64,000 nt of DNA. Source: Anaerovoracaceae bacterium. Its GTDB lineage: Bacteria > Bacillota > Clostridia > Peptostreptococcales > Anaerovoracaceae. The stretch spans positions 8,352-72,351 of the forward strand of contig JBJFFZ010000141.1 in the NCBI GenBank assembly GCA_051892195.1, written 5' to 3'. This document shows, one piece after another, positions 36,812 to 47,347 of this stretch. Each line of letters opens with the position of its first letter. Within the stretch, counting starts at the first letter, position 1. The notes beneath the pieces are model-generated. The model was not told where the DNA came from, made no database searches, and worked only from the letters and a program-made list of their open reading frames with translations. The translations under genes were made by a program, and so were the position numbers.

Positions 36812-37450
36812 ATGAAGGACAGAATTATTCTTGCGTCTGCATCCCCCAGGAGGATTGAGATCCTGAGAAGGCACGGGGCAGAGGGCATTGTAATGCCTGC
36901 GGATGTGGATGAATTTCTTCCGGAGGGTACGGAGCCCCGTACGGGCTGTATGTACAACGCTCTGAAAAAAGCACTGTATGTGGAGTCTCTGCTGAAGGAT
37001 GATCCTGCAGAGGATGCCGCGGAGGCGGACACCTTTATCATAGGGGCGGACACCATCGTCTTTGACGGGAGGATTCTCGGAAAACCCCAAAACGATGCAG
37101 AGGCATTTTCCATTCTTCAGTCCCTCAGAAACAGAACCCATCAGGTTATGACCGGCACGGCAGTGATCCGTGCGGGAAAGGATGACCGGAGGGTTTTCTG
37201 TGAATGTACCTCGGTCAGCTTTGGGGAATACAGCGATCAGGAGATCCTGGATTATATCGCAACGGGGGAACCGGCGGACAAGGCCGGTGCATATGCGATC
37301 CAGGGAGGCTGGTCTGCGCATGTAACCGAAATCAGCGGTGATTATTACAATGTCATTGGGCTTCCGTGGGAACGGCTCCGAAAGGAACTTCTTTCCATGG
37401 GTGCGGATGTGCAGTTTTCAGAAGAACAGCACATCGGAGAAAGCAGATGA
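36812..37450 (+). CDS. maf: Maf-like nucleoside triphosphate pyrophosphatase
   Basis: IILASASPRR...GADTIV...GAYAIQG motifs. Start at ATG 36812 (AGGAG RBS 7 nt upstream) or 36806. Confidence 0.9.
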   Translation: MKDRIILASASPRRIEILRRHGAEGIVMPADVDEFLPEGTEPRTGCMYNALKKALYVESLLKDDPAEDAAEADTFIIGADTIVFDGRILGKPQNDAEAFSILQSLRNRTHQVMTGTAVIRAGKDDRRVFCECTSVSFGEYSDQEILDYIATGEPADKAGAYAIQGGWSAHVTEISGDYYNVIGLPWERLRKELLSMGADVQFSEEQHIGESR

Positions 37451-38175
37451 CAGAAAAAACAAACGAAATAAACAGTATTGCGGGAAACGGAACCATCAAG
37501 GCATTTCCGAAGATGGAGCGGCCCAGAGAAAAGATGGGAAGAAACGGGGTTTCTTCTCTGTCCAATGCGGAGCTGCTTGCGATTCTGCTGGGCAGCGGGA
37601 CCCGGGGGGTATCCGCTCTGGCACTGGCAGAGCAGATTCTGTCGGCGGATTCCTCGGGATTACTGTTTCTCAATGACTGTACCCCGGAGGAGCTGTGCAG
37701 GCTCCAGGGGATAGGTCCGGCCAAGGCTGCTGTGATTATTGCAGCTGCAGAGCTGGGAAGGCGGCTCATGACGACCCCGAGAAACGAAGAAATCGACGCT
37801 TCTTCGCCTGAGGCGGTGGCCGCACTTTTTATGCAGAACATGCGGCATCTGAAAAAGGAATGCTTTCGTGTACTGCTTTTAAATGTAAAAAACAGAATCA
37901 TATCCATCGAGGAGGTATCGGCAGGCACGCTGAATTCTGCAGATGCACATCCCAGGGAAGTTTTTGCGGCACCTCTGCGCAGGGGCGCAGCAAACGTAAT
38001 CCTCGTCCACAACCATCCCAGCGGAAATCCGGAGCCCAGCGCTGCAGACCTGGATCTGACCCGGAGGCTGGTATGGGCCGGAAGGATTCTGGGAATCGGC
38101 GTTCTGGATCATATTGTGATCGGCGACGGGACGTTTGTCAGCATGAAGATGGAAGGATTGCTGAAAGATTATTAA
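37447..38175 (+). CDS. radC: RadC-family JAB-domain protein
   Basis: ERPREK...LSNAELLAILLGSG N-terminus and JAB motif HNHPSGNPEPS. ATGA start/stop overlap with maf. Confidence 0.9.
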   Translation: MTEKTNEINSIAGNGTIKAFPKMERPREKMGRNGVSSLSNAELLAILLGSGTRGVSALALAEQILSADSSGLLFLNDCTPEELCRLQGIGPAKAAVIIAAAELGRRLMTTPRNEEIDASSPEAVAALFMQNMRHLKKECFRVLLLNVKNRIISIEEVSAGTLNSADAHPREVFAAPLRRGAANVILVHNHPSGNPEPSAADLDLTRRLVWAGRILGIGVLDHIVIGDGTFVSMKMEGLLKDY

Positions 38176-38223
38176 AACAATGTTTATATTATAATGATGC
38201 ATATTCGCACAAAGGAGAAAGAA

Positions 38224-39294
38224 ATGGGTTTAAGTCTGTTCAAGCAGGACATCGGAATCGATCTGGGTACCGCAAATACCCTGGTCTATATCAAGGGTAA
38301 GGGGATTGTCCTGGATGAGGCTTCTGTGGTGGCTTATAACACAAACACAAAAAAAGTGATTGCAGTGGGTAATGAAGCAAAAAATATGCTGGGGGCCGCT
38401 CCTCCGCATATCAAGGTTGTCCGTCCCCTCAGAGATGGCGTTATTTCTGATTTCGGCATGACCCACAGGATGCTGAAATCTTTCCTTCAGCAGGTGATCA
38501 CCACGTCCTCTTTCTTCACTTCCGTGAGGGTTGTGGTGGGTGTTCCTTCCGGAGTTACAGAGGTGGAAAAGCGCGCTGTGGAAGAAGTGACGAGACAGAT
38601 GGGCGCAAAGGAGGTTTTCATCATGGAAGAGCCTATGGCTGCCGCCATCGGTTCCGGCCTCGATGTGGATTCCTCCACCGGATGCATGATCACGGACATC
38701 GGCGGCGGAACCTCTGATATTGCAATTATCGCTCTCGGAGGAATTGTCACCAGCACATCTCTGCGCATGGCGGGGGATACCATGAACGAATCCATCATCA
38801 ACTATATCCGCAAGGTCTACAGCCTTCTCATCGGTGAAAAGATGGCGGAAAAGGTTAAGATCGCAGTGGGCTGCGCATTTATGGATGAAAGTGATCCGGA
38901 ATGGAATCAGAAGACCCTTGTCAGCGGAAGAGATCTTGTGACCGGCCTGCCGAAGACGCTGGAAATATCATCAAAGGATGTATGCAAGGCTTTGGAGGAG
39001 TGTGTGGAGGAGATCATCGGCGGCATAAAGGCAACGCTGGAAAATGCACCTCCGGAGCTGGCTGCCGATATTATCAATACCGGCATGACCCTTGCCGGCG
39101 GCGGCGCGTTTCTGCGGGGGCTTGATGTCCTGATCGAAAGGGAAACAGGCATCCGAACCATCATTGCCGAAAATGCTGCGGAAGCTGTGGCTATGGGAAC
39201 CGGGCTCAGCCTTCAGAATATGAGCACCATCGAATCTCATGTCAGAGCGAAGAATCCTTATCAGAATGTCAGCCAGAGCGGAAGCGGATATTAG
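38224..39294 (+). CDS. mreB: rod shape-determining protein MreB
   Basis: DIGIDLGTANTLVY, DIGGGTSDIA and LAGGGA actin-fold motifs. AAGGAG RBS precedes the ATG at 38224. Confidence 0.95.
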   Translation: MGLSLFKQDIGIDLGTANTLVYIKGKGIVLDEASVVAYNTNTKKVIAVGNEAKNMLGAAPPHIKVVRPLRDGVISDFGMTHRMLKSFLQQVITTSSFFTSVRVVVGVPSGVTEVEKRAVEEVTRQMGAKEVFIMEEPMAAAIGSGLDVDSSTGCMITDIGGGTSDIAIIALGGIVTSTSLRMAGDTMNESIINYIRKVYSLLIGEKMAEKVKIAVGCAFMDESDPEWNQKTLVSGRDLVTGLPKTLEISSKDVCKALEECVEEIIGGIKATLENAPPELAADIINTGMTLAGGGAFLRGLDVLIERETGIRTIIAENAAEAVAMGTGLSLQNMSTIESHVRAKNPYQNVSQSGSGY

Positions 39295-39317
39295 TCTGAA
39301 ACGGACGGAGCGGTTGT

Positions 39318-40142
39318 ATGAGCTGGATGAAAGATCATATGAAACTACTGATAATAATGATCGTCATTGGAGTGCTGGTGGCGATTATTGTTATTTCATC
39401 ATTGAATTCAGGAAATCAGAATGCAGTGGAACGGGGCGTTCAGACAACGGCGGCTGCCGTTGCATCCCCGGTATCTTCTGCGGCAAACGGATTCGCTTCA
39501 TTCTTCGGGGGACTGGTTCATTTCCGGGACAACCAGAGGGAAAACTACCAGCTGAAGAAGGAACTGGAGGAGCTGAACGAGGAGCTGGCAAAAGCGCAGC
39601 TTACGCAGTATGAGCTCAGCCAGCTGCAGAGCCTCAGAAATGAACTGAATCTGGCCACGTATGATGATACCTATCACCGGGTCACTGCAGAAGTGATTTC
39701 CATTGACAGTGCTGATATATATAATATTTTCAATATCAGCGCAGGCACGGAGGACGGCATCGGTGTGGATGATCTCGTGATCAATCAGGACGGGCTGGTA
39801 GGCAGGATTATGTCTGTGGGAAAAAACTGGGCAAAAGTGGAAGGGATTATAGATTCTTCCAATTCTGTAAGCTTTACCATAGCAAGAGATCCCTCGGTTA
39901 CGGGAATTATGACAGGGAATGGAAAAGGCGCCATGACCGGCTATATTTTTGACGAGACACAATCCATTATCGAGGGGGATACACTGATTACGTCCGGAAT
40001 CGGTTACTATCCTGCGGGGATCAGGATCGGCGAGATTACCTCTGTCAATCTGGATTCCAGCACAAAACAGAAAAATCTCGAGGCGAAGTCTGCAGTCAAT
40101 TTTAATTCGATCCGCTTTGTAACAGTGCTTTCAAAGCAGTGA
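39318..40142 (+). CDS. mreC: rod shape-determining protein MreC
   Basis: N-terminal TM helix, coiled-coil (NYQLKKELEELNEELAKA), beta-rich C-terminus with GD.LITSG..G.YP.GI.IG. Position after mreB. Confidence 0.9.
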   Translation: MSWMKDHMKLLIIMIVIGVLVAIIVISSLNSGNQNAVERGVQTTAAAVASPVSSAANGFASFFGGLVHFRDNQRENYQLKKELEELNEELAKAQLTQYELSQLQSLRNELNLATYDDTYHRVTAEVISIDSADIYNIFNISAGTEDGIGVDDLVINQDGLVGRIMSVGKNWAKVEGIIDSSNSVSFTIARDPSVTGIMTGNGKGAMTGYIFDETQSIIEGDTLITSGIGYYPAGIRIGEITSVNLDSSTKQKNLEAKSAVNFNSIRFVTVLSKQ

Positions 40143-40197
40143 CGGAACAGCTGAAGCCGGCGTGCATCCGGGCTGCTGCTTTGGGGGAACGGCAGAA

Positions 40198-40680
40198 ATG
40201 AAAAAGATACATTTGTTTATTATATATTTTATAAGTCTGATTCTTCAGCTTACGGTGGTTCCGCACCTGGCTGTGGCCGGGACTTCACCGGATCTGATTC
40301 TTGTGCTGACCATGGTGTTTTCCTTTTTTTACGAGGATTTCAACGGGATTTTCTTCGGGATTGCCTTCAGCATTCTCAGGGATGTCTGTGTGGGTCCGGC
40401 GGCGGGTATTTCTGCGGTGATGCTGTTTCTGATCGGAATTTCTCTGCAGTTTGCCAGGTTTGCTGTATACAGAGACAATAAAGTGATCCTGTTTTTTGTG
40501 TGCACTATGTGCACCGCTGTATACTATGCAGGGTGCTGGGGACTGTCCGTGCTTCTGCTTCAGTATCCCATCAGCTTTGTTGTGGCTGCTGCAAAGATTC
40601 CCGTTGCCATTGTGTGGAACTATATCGTTCTTCTGGGTGTGTGCCATTTTGCCAGAAAGACCGACGGCTTTACAGTGTAA
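40198..40680 (+). CDS. mreD: rod shape-determining protein MreD
   Basis: Small polytopic membrane protein (PDLILVL motif) positioned after mreC. Confidence 0.8.
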   Translation: MKKIHLFIIYFISLILQLTVVPHLAVAGTSPDLILVLTMVFSFFYEDFNGIFFGIAFSILRDVCVGPAAGISAVMLFLIGISLQFARFAVYRDNKVILFFVCTMCTAVYYAGCWGLSVLLLQYPISFVVAAAKIPVAIVWNYIVLLGVCHFARKTDGFTV

Positions 40681-40740
40681 GCATGATCACAGGAAGAAAT
40701 GCCCTGCGTGAGAACGGGTATTGTGTTTGAGGTATCGTCT

Positions 40741-43494
40741 ATGTTTTCTGCAATCAAAGACAGACAGGTTCAGATCAAAATACTGTTTTTTCTGCTGATG
40801 CTTCTCCTTGCAGGAAGGCTGTTTCAGCTTACGGTGGTGCAGCATGCCACCTGGGTTGATGCTGCAGACAATCTGAGCATAAAGAGCGTTTACACTTCCG
40901 CACCCCGGGGGGAAATCCGGGACCGGTACGGAAGGCTTATTGCCGGAAATACGGAAAGCTTTGTGGTCAATCTCATTTCTGCAGAGGTGGACGAAGACAG
41001 AATCAACGATGTGGCTCTCAATCTGATCCGCCTGTTTGAGGCAAACGGGGATTCCTACAACGATGATTTTCCCATTATGGTGGATGCGGACGGCTCCTTC
41101 TATTATTCTTATGACCGGAATATTGAGGAATGGCTGGAATCCCAGGATCTCAGCACGAGCCTTTCGGCACAGGAGGCATTTGACGCCCTCTGTGAACGGG
41201 AAGGTGTGGATGCCGGGCTTGATGTGTATGATGCTCAGTCGGCGCTTCAGAACACGTTTAACATTTACCCTCCGATTTCTGTAAAGAAAATGGAGTATAC
41301 CTATAAGCTGGAGCTTCACAATTTTATCGAAAGCTTCCATCTGGACGATGTGGACGACAGCACCTCTGCGGAGGAGCTGTTTGCCCTTCTGAGAGAAAAG
41401 TATGAAATCGATCCGTCCCTTTCCGACAGCGACGCCCGAAAGATCATGGTGGTCCGGAATGCTCTGAGAAGTCTGGGCTACCGCAGCTATCTGCCGGCGC
41501 AGATCGCCAACGATGTGTCAGAAAAGACCATCATTACGCTGGAAGAATGCTCCTCCAGCTTTCCGGGCGTAGAGGTGGACCGCGAATATATACGCTACTA
41601 TCCGAACGGCGAATCTGCATGTCATATTGTGGGTTATATCGGAAAAATCTCGGAATCCCAGCAGAGTGAATATCTGGAAAAAGGGTATTCCACCACAGAC
41701 CTCATCGGAAAAGAGGGCATCGAAAAGTATTATGAAAGTGAACTGAAGGGAACTGCAGGAGAAAAGCAGATTCAGGTGGATCATCTGGGGCAGCAGGTAA
41801 GCGAGATCAGCTCCACCCCTGCAACGCCGGGAAACGACGTCTATCTGACCATCGATCTGGAGCTGCAGAAGACTGCAGAGGCGGCGCTGGAGGAGGCCCT
41901 TCATGAAATCAGCATCGGCGGAACCTTCCACAGCAAGTACGGTAACTACAACTATGGAAAAACATATTCCAGGGCCAATGTAGGTGCAGCAGTTGCGGTG
42001 GATGTAAAGACAGGGGAGGTGCTGGCTCTTGCCAACAATCCGGGATATGATCCGAACCTGTTTGCAAGAGGAATTTCCGTAGAGGACTGGAATTCCCTTC
42101 AGGGAGAAAACCCCCGGGATCCTCTCTCTCCCCTTCCTCTTTATAACGTTGCCACCATGGCCTCCATGCAGCCGGGATCGACCTTTAAGCCGGTTACTGC
42201 TTTAGCGGGGCTCAACGCAGGCTTCAATCCAAATACAAAGCTGTACGACGCCGGGGCCATTTCCATGGGAGGAAGGACCTTCGGCTGCTGGATCTGGAAT
42301 CAGAGCAGAGGGCATCACGGCTATCTGGATGTCCGCCACGCCCTGGAGGTGTCCTGCAATTACTTCTTCTACGACCTGGGTTCCGGCTATGATTATGCGG
42401 CAGGCCGCAGCCTGGGCATTGATATGAACATCGGAAAGGTCATGGACTACGCCGAAAAACTGGGACTGGGGCAGAAGACCGGCATTGAGCTGGCAGAGTC
42501 TGCAGCCGGTGTTCCAAGCGAAGAAAAAAAGACGGAAAGCATAAAAAACCAGCTGCGGTACGTTCTGAAGCTCAACGCAGCAAAATATTTCAACGCCGCT
42601 CTTGTCTCCGACAAGGATCGGCTGGATGAGACCCTTGATACCATCGTCAGCTGGGCTGACGAAAAGCCGAAGCGCTCTGTTCTGAAGCAGAGGCTTAAGG
42701 AAGCAGGGGTACTGGAGGATCAGCTGGACGATCTGACGGATATGATCCGCAGTGATTATTTCTCCAATGCAAAATGGGGAACCGGAGATTCCTTCAACCT
42801 TTCCATCGGTCAGGGCGAAAATGCATACACGCCGGTACAGTTGGCAAGGTATGTGGCTGCCCTTGCGGACGACGGCAACGTCCGTCAGCTGACCCTGACA
42901 AAATCCGTAGAAGGTATGGAAACGCAGGAAACGGAGCCTGTGAAGGTGGAAAACTCAAACAAGGACGCCTACGAGATTGTCCGGGAGGGCATGCATCTGG
43001 TTGCCCAGGGATCAAGCGGCTCCGGCCGTGGGATCTTTGGCAATTTCCCTTACAGCGTGGCGGCAAAGACGGGCTCTGCACAGAAATCCGGCAAGATCAA
43101 TCCGCCGGATGAAGTGGAGTATATCCGGCAGCATCTGTCCGGTATCGCCCCGGGCATCACCTTTGAACAGGTGGAGGCTGAGATGAAACGGCTTCTTTCG
43201 GAAGAATCCGATATTTACAAGTCCGAAAGTACGGCAGTGCGCAGAGCAGTCATCAATCTGGCCGGTGTGTCCACCGAGCGGATCGACGCCTACAAGAGCA
43301 GCTACGATGCATTTGCATGGTTTGTAGCCTACGCCCCTGTGGAAGATCCTCAGATCGCAGTGGCTGTCCTGATTTATCAGGGGGGTTCCGGCGGCTATGC
43401 AGGACCGGTGGCAAGGGAAATCATCGGAAAATATATGGAGCTTCAGGAGGTGTACCACGACTATACCGACGGAGCGACCACCTTTGTTGATTAG
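40741..43494 (+). CDS. mrdA: penicillin-binding protein 2 (class B transpeptidase), unusually long at 917 aa
   Basis: N-terminal TM anchor. Transpeptidase motifs STFKP (SxxK), SCN (SxN) and KTGS (KTG). Positioned after mreD. Confidence 0.9.
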   Translation: MFSAIKDRQVQIKILFFLLMLLLAGRLFQLTVVQHATWVDAADNLSIKSVYTSAPRGEIRDRYGRLIAGNTESFVVNLISAEVDEDRINDVALNLIRLFEANGDSYNDDFPIMVDADGSFYYSYDRNIEEWLESQDLSTSLSAQEAFDALCEREGVDAGLDVYDAQSALQNTFNIYPPISVKKMEYTYKLELHNFIESFHLDDVDDSTSAEELFALLREKYEIDPSLSDSDARKIMVVRNALRSLGYRSYLPAQIANDVSEKTIITLEECSSSFPGVEVDREYIRYYPNGESACHIVGYIGKISESQQSEYLEKGYSTTDLIGKEGIEKYYESELKGTAGEKQIQVDHLGQQVSEISSTPATPGNDVYLTIDLELQKTAEAALEEALHEISIGGTFHSKYGNYNYGKTYSRANVGAAVAVDVKTGEVLALANNPGYDPNLFARGISVEDWNSLQGENPRDPLSPLPLYNVATMASMQPGSTFKPVTALAGLNAGFNPNTKLYDAGAISMGGRTFGCWIWNQSRGHHGYLDVRHALEVSCNYFFYDLGSGYDYAAGRSLGIDMNIGKVMDYAEKLGLGQKTGIELAESAAGVPSEEKKTESIKNQLRYVLKLNAAKYFNAALVSDKDRLDETLDTIVSWADEKPKRSVLKQRLKEAGVLEDQLDDLTDMIRSDYFSNAKWGTGDSFNLSIGQGENAYTPVQLARYVAALADDGNVRQLTLTKSVEGMETQETEPVKVENSNKDAYEIVREGMHLVAQGSSGSGRGIFGNFPYSVAAKTGSAQKSGKINPPDEVEYIRQHLSGIAPGITFEQVEAEMKRLLSEESDIYKSESTAVRRAVINLAGVSTERIDAYKSSYDAFAWFVAYAPVEDPQIAVAVLIYQGGSGGYAGPVAREIIGKYMELQEVYHDYTDGATTFVD

Positions 43495-43527
43495 AGCCAT
43501 TGATTGAATAGATGAAGGAGTTTTGAA

Positions 43528-44259
43528 ATGTGTGAAATTACCGCGGTGACTGCGGGAAAAGGCGGCGCCGGAAAGACCATGGTGGCATCCAATCTGGCAG
43601 CCCTTCTGGCTATGACCGGTCAGAGGGTTTTACTGATCGATATGAATGCCGGCCTCAGAAACCAGGACATCTGCCTTGGACTGGAAAATCAGGTAATCTT
43701 TGATCTTGCCGATGTAATCAGCGGGGTGTGCTCCATCCGCCGGGCCCTTATCAGGGATGAACGATTCGAATCACTGTATCTCCTGTCCGCATCCCAGAAC
43801 ATCGAAAAAGCCGATATTCAGGCGCCTCACATGCGTCGTCTCTGCAGTCAGCTCAGCCCCCGGTTTGATCATATTATTATCGATGCCGCAGGGGGCCTTG
43901 GAAAGGAGTGGAAAGCTTCGGTGACAGCAGCCCACAGAGCGGTGATCGTAATGACACAGGAATACGTGGGGGTACGGGACACGGATACGGTGGATACAAA
44001 GCTGCGGGAAATGGGAATCCAGCGCCGGTATGTGCTGGTGAACAGAGTTCGCAGCGAATATGCGGCCAGCGGCTTTTTTCCTTCCCTCAGTGAAATTGCG
44101 GAGGCTCTGCGCTCCAGGATCATCGGCGTGGTGCAGGACGATATCAACATCCATATTGCCATGAACAAAGGGGTTCCGGTGGTGTGCAAAAATGGAACCT
44201 ATATCCGTAGAAACTTTGAAAGAATCCTGGGAAGGATCTTTGAAGAGGATGCGGAGTAA
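43528..44259 (+). CDS. minD: MinD/ParA-family ATPase (MinD-like)
   Basis: Deviant Walker A TAGKGGAGKT, LLIDMN, IIIDAAGG. No minC or minE is adjacent. Confidence 0.8.
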   Translation: MCEITAVTAGKGGAGKTMVASNLAALLAMTGQRVLLIDMNAGLRNQDICLGLENQVIFDLADVISGVCSIRRALIRDERFESLYLLSASQNIEKADIQAPHMRRLCSQLSPRFDHIIIDAAGGLGKEWKASVTAAHRAVIVMTQEYVGVRDTDTVDTKLREMGIQRRYVLVNRVRSEYAASGFFPSLSEIAEALRSRIIGVVQDDINIHIAMNKGVPVVCKNGTYIRRNFERILGRIFEEDAE

Positions 44260-44284
44260 ATCATTATATAATGCTCATAAAAAA

Positions 44285-44333
44285 GACCGCAGGGGCCATC
44301 CTTTGAGAGGCCTCTGCGGTCCTTGTGTTTTTT
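44285..44333. terminator. bidirectional terminator between minD and rodA
   Basis: GACCGCAG..GGCC...GGCC..CTGCGGTC hairpin flanked by an A-run upstream and a T-run downstream. Confidence 0.6.
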
Positions 44334-44377
44334 GTCTGAGAAAGGGTTCCAACCTTGAAGGGGGATGTGAGCCCGTC

Positions 44378-45490
44378 TTAAAAATTGATGATCTTTGATC
44401 TCTGTCCCACGCTGATTACCAGACCCAGGGAGATCATATTTGCCATGACGGAGGTTCCGCCGCAGCTGAGAAACGGAAGGGTAATTCCGGTAACCGGCAT
44501 GATGCCGATGGTCATTCCGATATTTTCAAAAATCTGAAAGAAGAACATGGCTCCAAAGCCTGCCGCAATGAGCATGCCGTACATATCCTTGGCCCGGTCC
44601 ACCGTCTTGATGATCCGGTAGATAAACAGCCCGTAAAGGCCTATGACAAAGGCTCCGCCTAAAAATCCCAGTTCCTCGCCAATGACGGAAAAGATAAAGT
44701 CTGATTTTGCAACCGGAATGTTTCCCAGAGATTTCTGGGTGCCCTGAAAAAGGCCTTTGCCTGTAAAGCCTCCGGAACCGATGGCGATCTTGGATCGCCA
44801 CACCTGAAGACCCGTTCCTGCCAGATCCGCATCGGGATGCAGAAAGGAATTGATCCGGTTTTTCTGGTGATCCGCAAGGAACTGATAGAGTATGGGCATA
44901 CTTGCAATGGATGCGGCGGCGCAGCGCATATAAAGCTTGAAATCCACTCCGGCAACATAAATCATGACAATCATCATGAACATGAAGACAAGGGCATTGC
45001 CCAGATCCTCCTTCATGATAAGAACCAGGATCGGAGCCGGGTAGAGAACCGCCTTCACCAGTCCGCGGAACCGCTGCAGATCCGTCCGGTGCTCCGACAG
45101 GTATTTTGCGTAGCACAGGGTAAAAAGAATCTTTACAAATTCGCAGGGCTGAACGGTGGTGACACCCAGGTTGATCCAGGCCCTTGCACCGAATTTTGTC
45201 ACGCCCAAAGGCGTGTAAACAAGAAGCATCAGGACGATGCAGAGAACATACATAATCCTGCTGATACTCTGATACTGTTCATAATCGATCAGCATGATTA
45301 AAAAAATAAAAACAGCACCGAGGAAAAATCCGATGAGCTGTACAACAATGTCTCTGTTTATTATGAAAGAATCTTCATAGGCAGTGCTGCCGATCATCAC
45401 GATGCTCATCACTGCAAAGACAAATGGAAGCAGGAGCAGGATCCTGTCTGCATTTTTCATTGAATCTCTGAAGTAATTAATTGTCCGCAC
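44378..45490 (-). CDS. rodA: SEDS-family peptidoglycan glycosyltransferase RodA/FtsW
   Basis: About 10 TM helices, with motifs LGNALVF, KIAIGSGGFTGKG, DFIFSVIGEELGF and PVTGITLPFLSCGGTS. Start is uncertain (GTG at 45490 or ATG at 45460). Confidence 0.9.
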   Translation of the reverse strand: MRTINYFRDSMKNADRILLLLPFVFAVMSIVMIGSTAYEDSFIINRDIVVQLIGFFLGAVFIFLIMLIDYEQYQSISRIMYVLCIVLMLLVYTPLGVTKFGARAWINLGVTTVQPCEFVKILFTLCYAKYLSEHRTDLQRFRGLVKAVLYPAPILVLIMKEDLGNALVFMFMMIVMIYVAGVDFKLYMRCAAASIASMPILYQFLADHQKNRINSFLHPDADLAGTGLQVWRSKIAIGSGGFTGKGLFQGTQKSLGNIPVAKSDFIFSVIGEELGFLGGAFVIGLYGLFIYRIIKTVDRAKDMYGMLIAAGFGAMFFFQIFENIGMTIGIMPVTGITLPFLSCGGTSVMANMISLGLVISVGQRSKIINF

Positions 45491-45658
45491 CTCCTCTGAA
45501 TTCTTGACATCTGAGTCAAATCATTATAATATGAATAGGATGCGTATATCAATAACTAATTCGTTTTATGCTTATTAATTTAAATACGATTTTTCGTTAT
45601 AAACTGTATAAATCTGATTTAAAAAAACAAGAAGAAATGATCAAAAGAATATGGGGAG

Positions 45659-47215
45659 GTGAACGTTATTTTTTTAAAGGTATTACTTATTGTCATTGCC
45701 GTAATAGCAGCTCTTGCCATAGGCATTCTGACCGGTTATCTGCTGAGAAAGTCGGTGGCGGAAAAGGCCATCGGATCTGCAGAGCAGCGAGCCAACAACA
45801 TTATTCTGGATGCCGAAACGCAGGCTGATACCATAAAGAAAGAGATTACGCTTGAGGCAAAAGAGGATGCGCACAGACTGCGCAGCGATGTGGACCGGGA
45901 GATCCGCGACAGAAGAAATGAGATGAACAGGCTCGAAAAGAGGCTGCTCTCAAAGGAAGAGTCCATCGATAAAAAGCTGGACAATATTGAAAAGAAAGAA
46001 GAAAGCATAGCGAATAAAGAGCAAACGCTCAAAGCAAAGGAACAGGAGCTGGACGGCTTCATCGAAAAGCAGATGAAGGAGCTGGAACGTGTTTCCGGAT
46101 ATACAAGTGAAGAGGCCAAGGCCATCCTTCTTCAGAATATGGAAAAGGAAATCCGTCATGATGCATCCGTCATGATCAAGGACATCGAAGCGAAAGCAAA
46201 AGATGAGGCAGAAAAGAAGGCCAAGGAGATCATCACCGGCGCTATTCAGCGCTGTGCTGCAGATCAGGTTGCGGAGTCAACCGTATCGGTTGTCAATCTG
46301 CCGAACGATGAGATGAAGGGCCGGATCATCGGCCGTGAGGGGCGCAACATCCGTGCCATCGAGACGGCGACGGGCGTTGACCTGATTATCGATGATACTC
46401 CGGAGGCTGTGATTCTTTCCTGCTTTGACCCGGTAAGAAGAGAAATCGCCCGGATCTGTCTGGAAAAGCTCATTGTGGACGGCCGTATTCATCCGGCCAG
46501 AATCGAAGAGACTGTTGAAAAAGCCACAAGAGAGGTCAACAACTCCATCAAGGAAGCAGGCGAGCAGGCTACCTTTGATGTGGGGATCCACAATCTCCAT
46601 CCGGAGCTGGTAAAGCTGCTGGGACGACTGAAGTACAGAACCAGTTACGGCCAGAATGTCCTTCAGCATTCTGTGGAGGTTGCCCATCTTGCAGGCCTTA
46701 TGGCTTCTGAGCTGGGGCTTGATCCAAAGCTTGCAAAGAGAGCCGGTCTCCTGCACGATATCGGAAAGTCCATTGACCACGAGGTGGAAGGAACACACGT
46801 GGATATCGGTATGGATCTGCTGAAGAAGTACAAGGAGAGCGAGGCTGTTATATGGGGGATGGCTGCACATCACGGCGATTATGAGCCGAAGAGTCTGGAA
46901 GCCGTTCTTATTACAGCGGCCGATGCCCTCTCAGCGGCAAGACCCGGAGCAAGAAGAGAAACACTGGAAACTTATATCAATCGATTACAGAAGCTTGAGG
47001 AAATCGCAAATACGACACCAGGTGTGGAAAAATCCTATGCGATTCAGGCTGGCAGAGAGATCCGGATCATTGCCAGACCGGAAGAAAAGTCCGACGACGA
47101 TATTCCGCTTCTGGCAAGAGAGATCAGCAAGAAGATCGAAAGCGAGCTTCAGTACCCTGGTCAGATCAAGGTCAATGTAATCCGAGAAACAAGAGCTATC
47201 GAATACGCAAAATAG
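45659..47215 (+). CDS. rny: ribonuclease Y
   Basis: N-terminal TM helix, long coiled-coil, KH domain ([13 protein letters not shown]) and HD domain (LLHDIGK). GTG start preceded by a GGGGAGG RBS. Confidence 0.95.
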   Translation: MNVIFLKVLLIVIAVIAALAIGILTGYLLRKSVAEKAIGSAEQRANNIILDAETQADTIKKEITLEAKEDAHRLRSDVDREIRDRRNEMNRLEKRLLSKEESIDKKLDNIEKKEESIANKEQTLKAKEQELDGFIEKQMKELERVSGYTSEEAKAILLQNMEKEIRHDASVMIKDIEAKAKDEAEKKAKEIITGAIQRCAADQVAESTVSVVNLPNDEMKGRIIGREGRNIRAIETATGVDLIIDDTPEAVILSCFDPVRREIARICLEKLIVDGRIHPARIEETVEKATREVNNSIKEAGEQATFDVGIHNLHPELVKLLGRLKYRTSYGQNVLQHSVEVAHLAGLMASELGLDPKLAKRAGLLHDIGKSIDHEVEGTHVDIGMDLLKKYKESEAVIWGMAAHHGDYEPKSLEAVLITAADALSAARPGARRETLETYINRLQKLEEIANTTPGVEKSYAIQAGREIRIIARPEEKSDDDIPLLAREISKKIESELQYPGQIKVNVIRETRAIEYAK

Positions 47216-47347
47216 AGCAGGCAGCATAGTTCATTATATCGGAAAAATCTGCAGGGGGTGGCCAAAGGCCGCCCCTGCTCTTGTAGTGTGAAAAGTTTTC
47301 TGCAGCAAAATACTGCAGCGTAGATCATGGAAAAGGGAAATCAGAAA

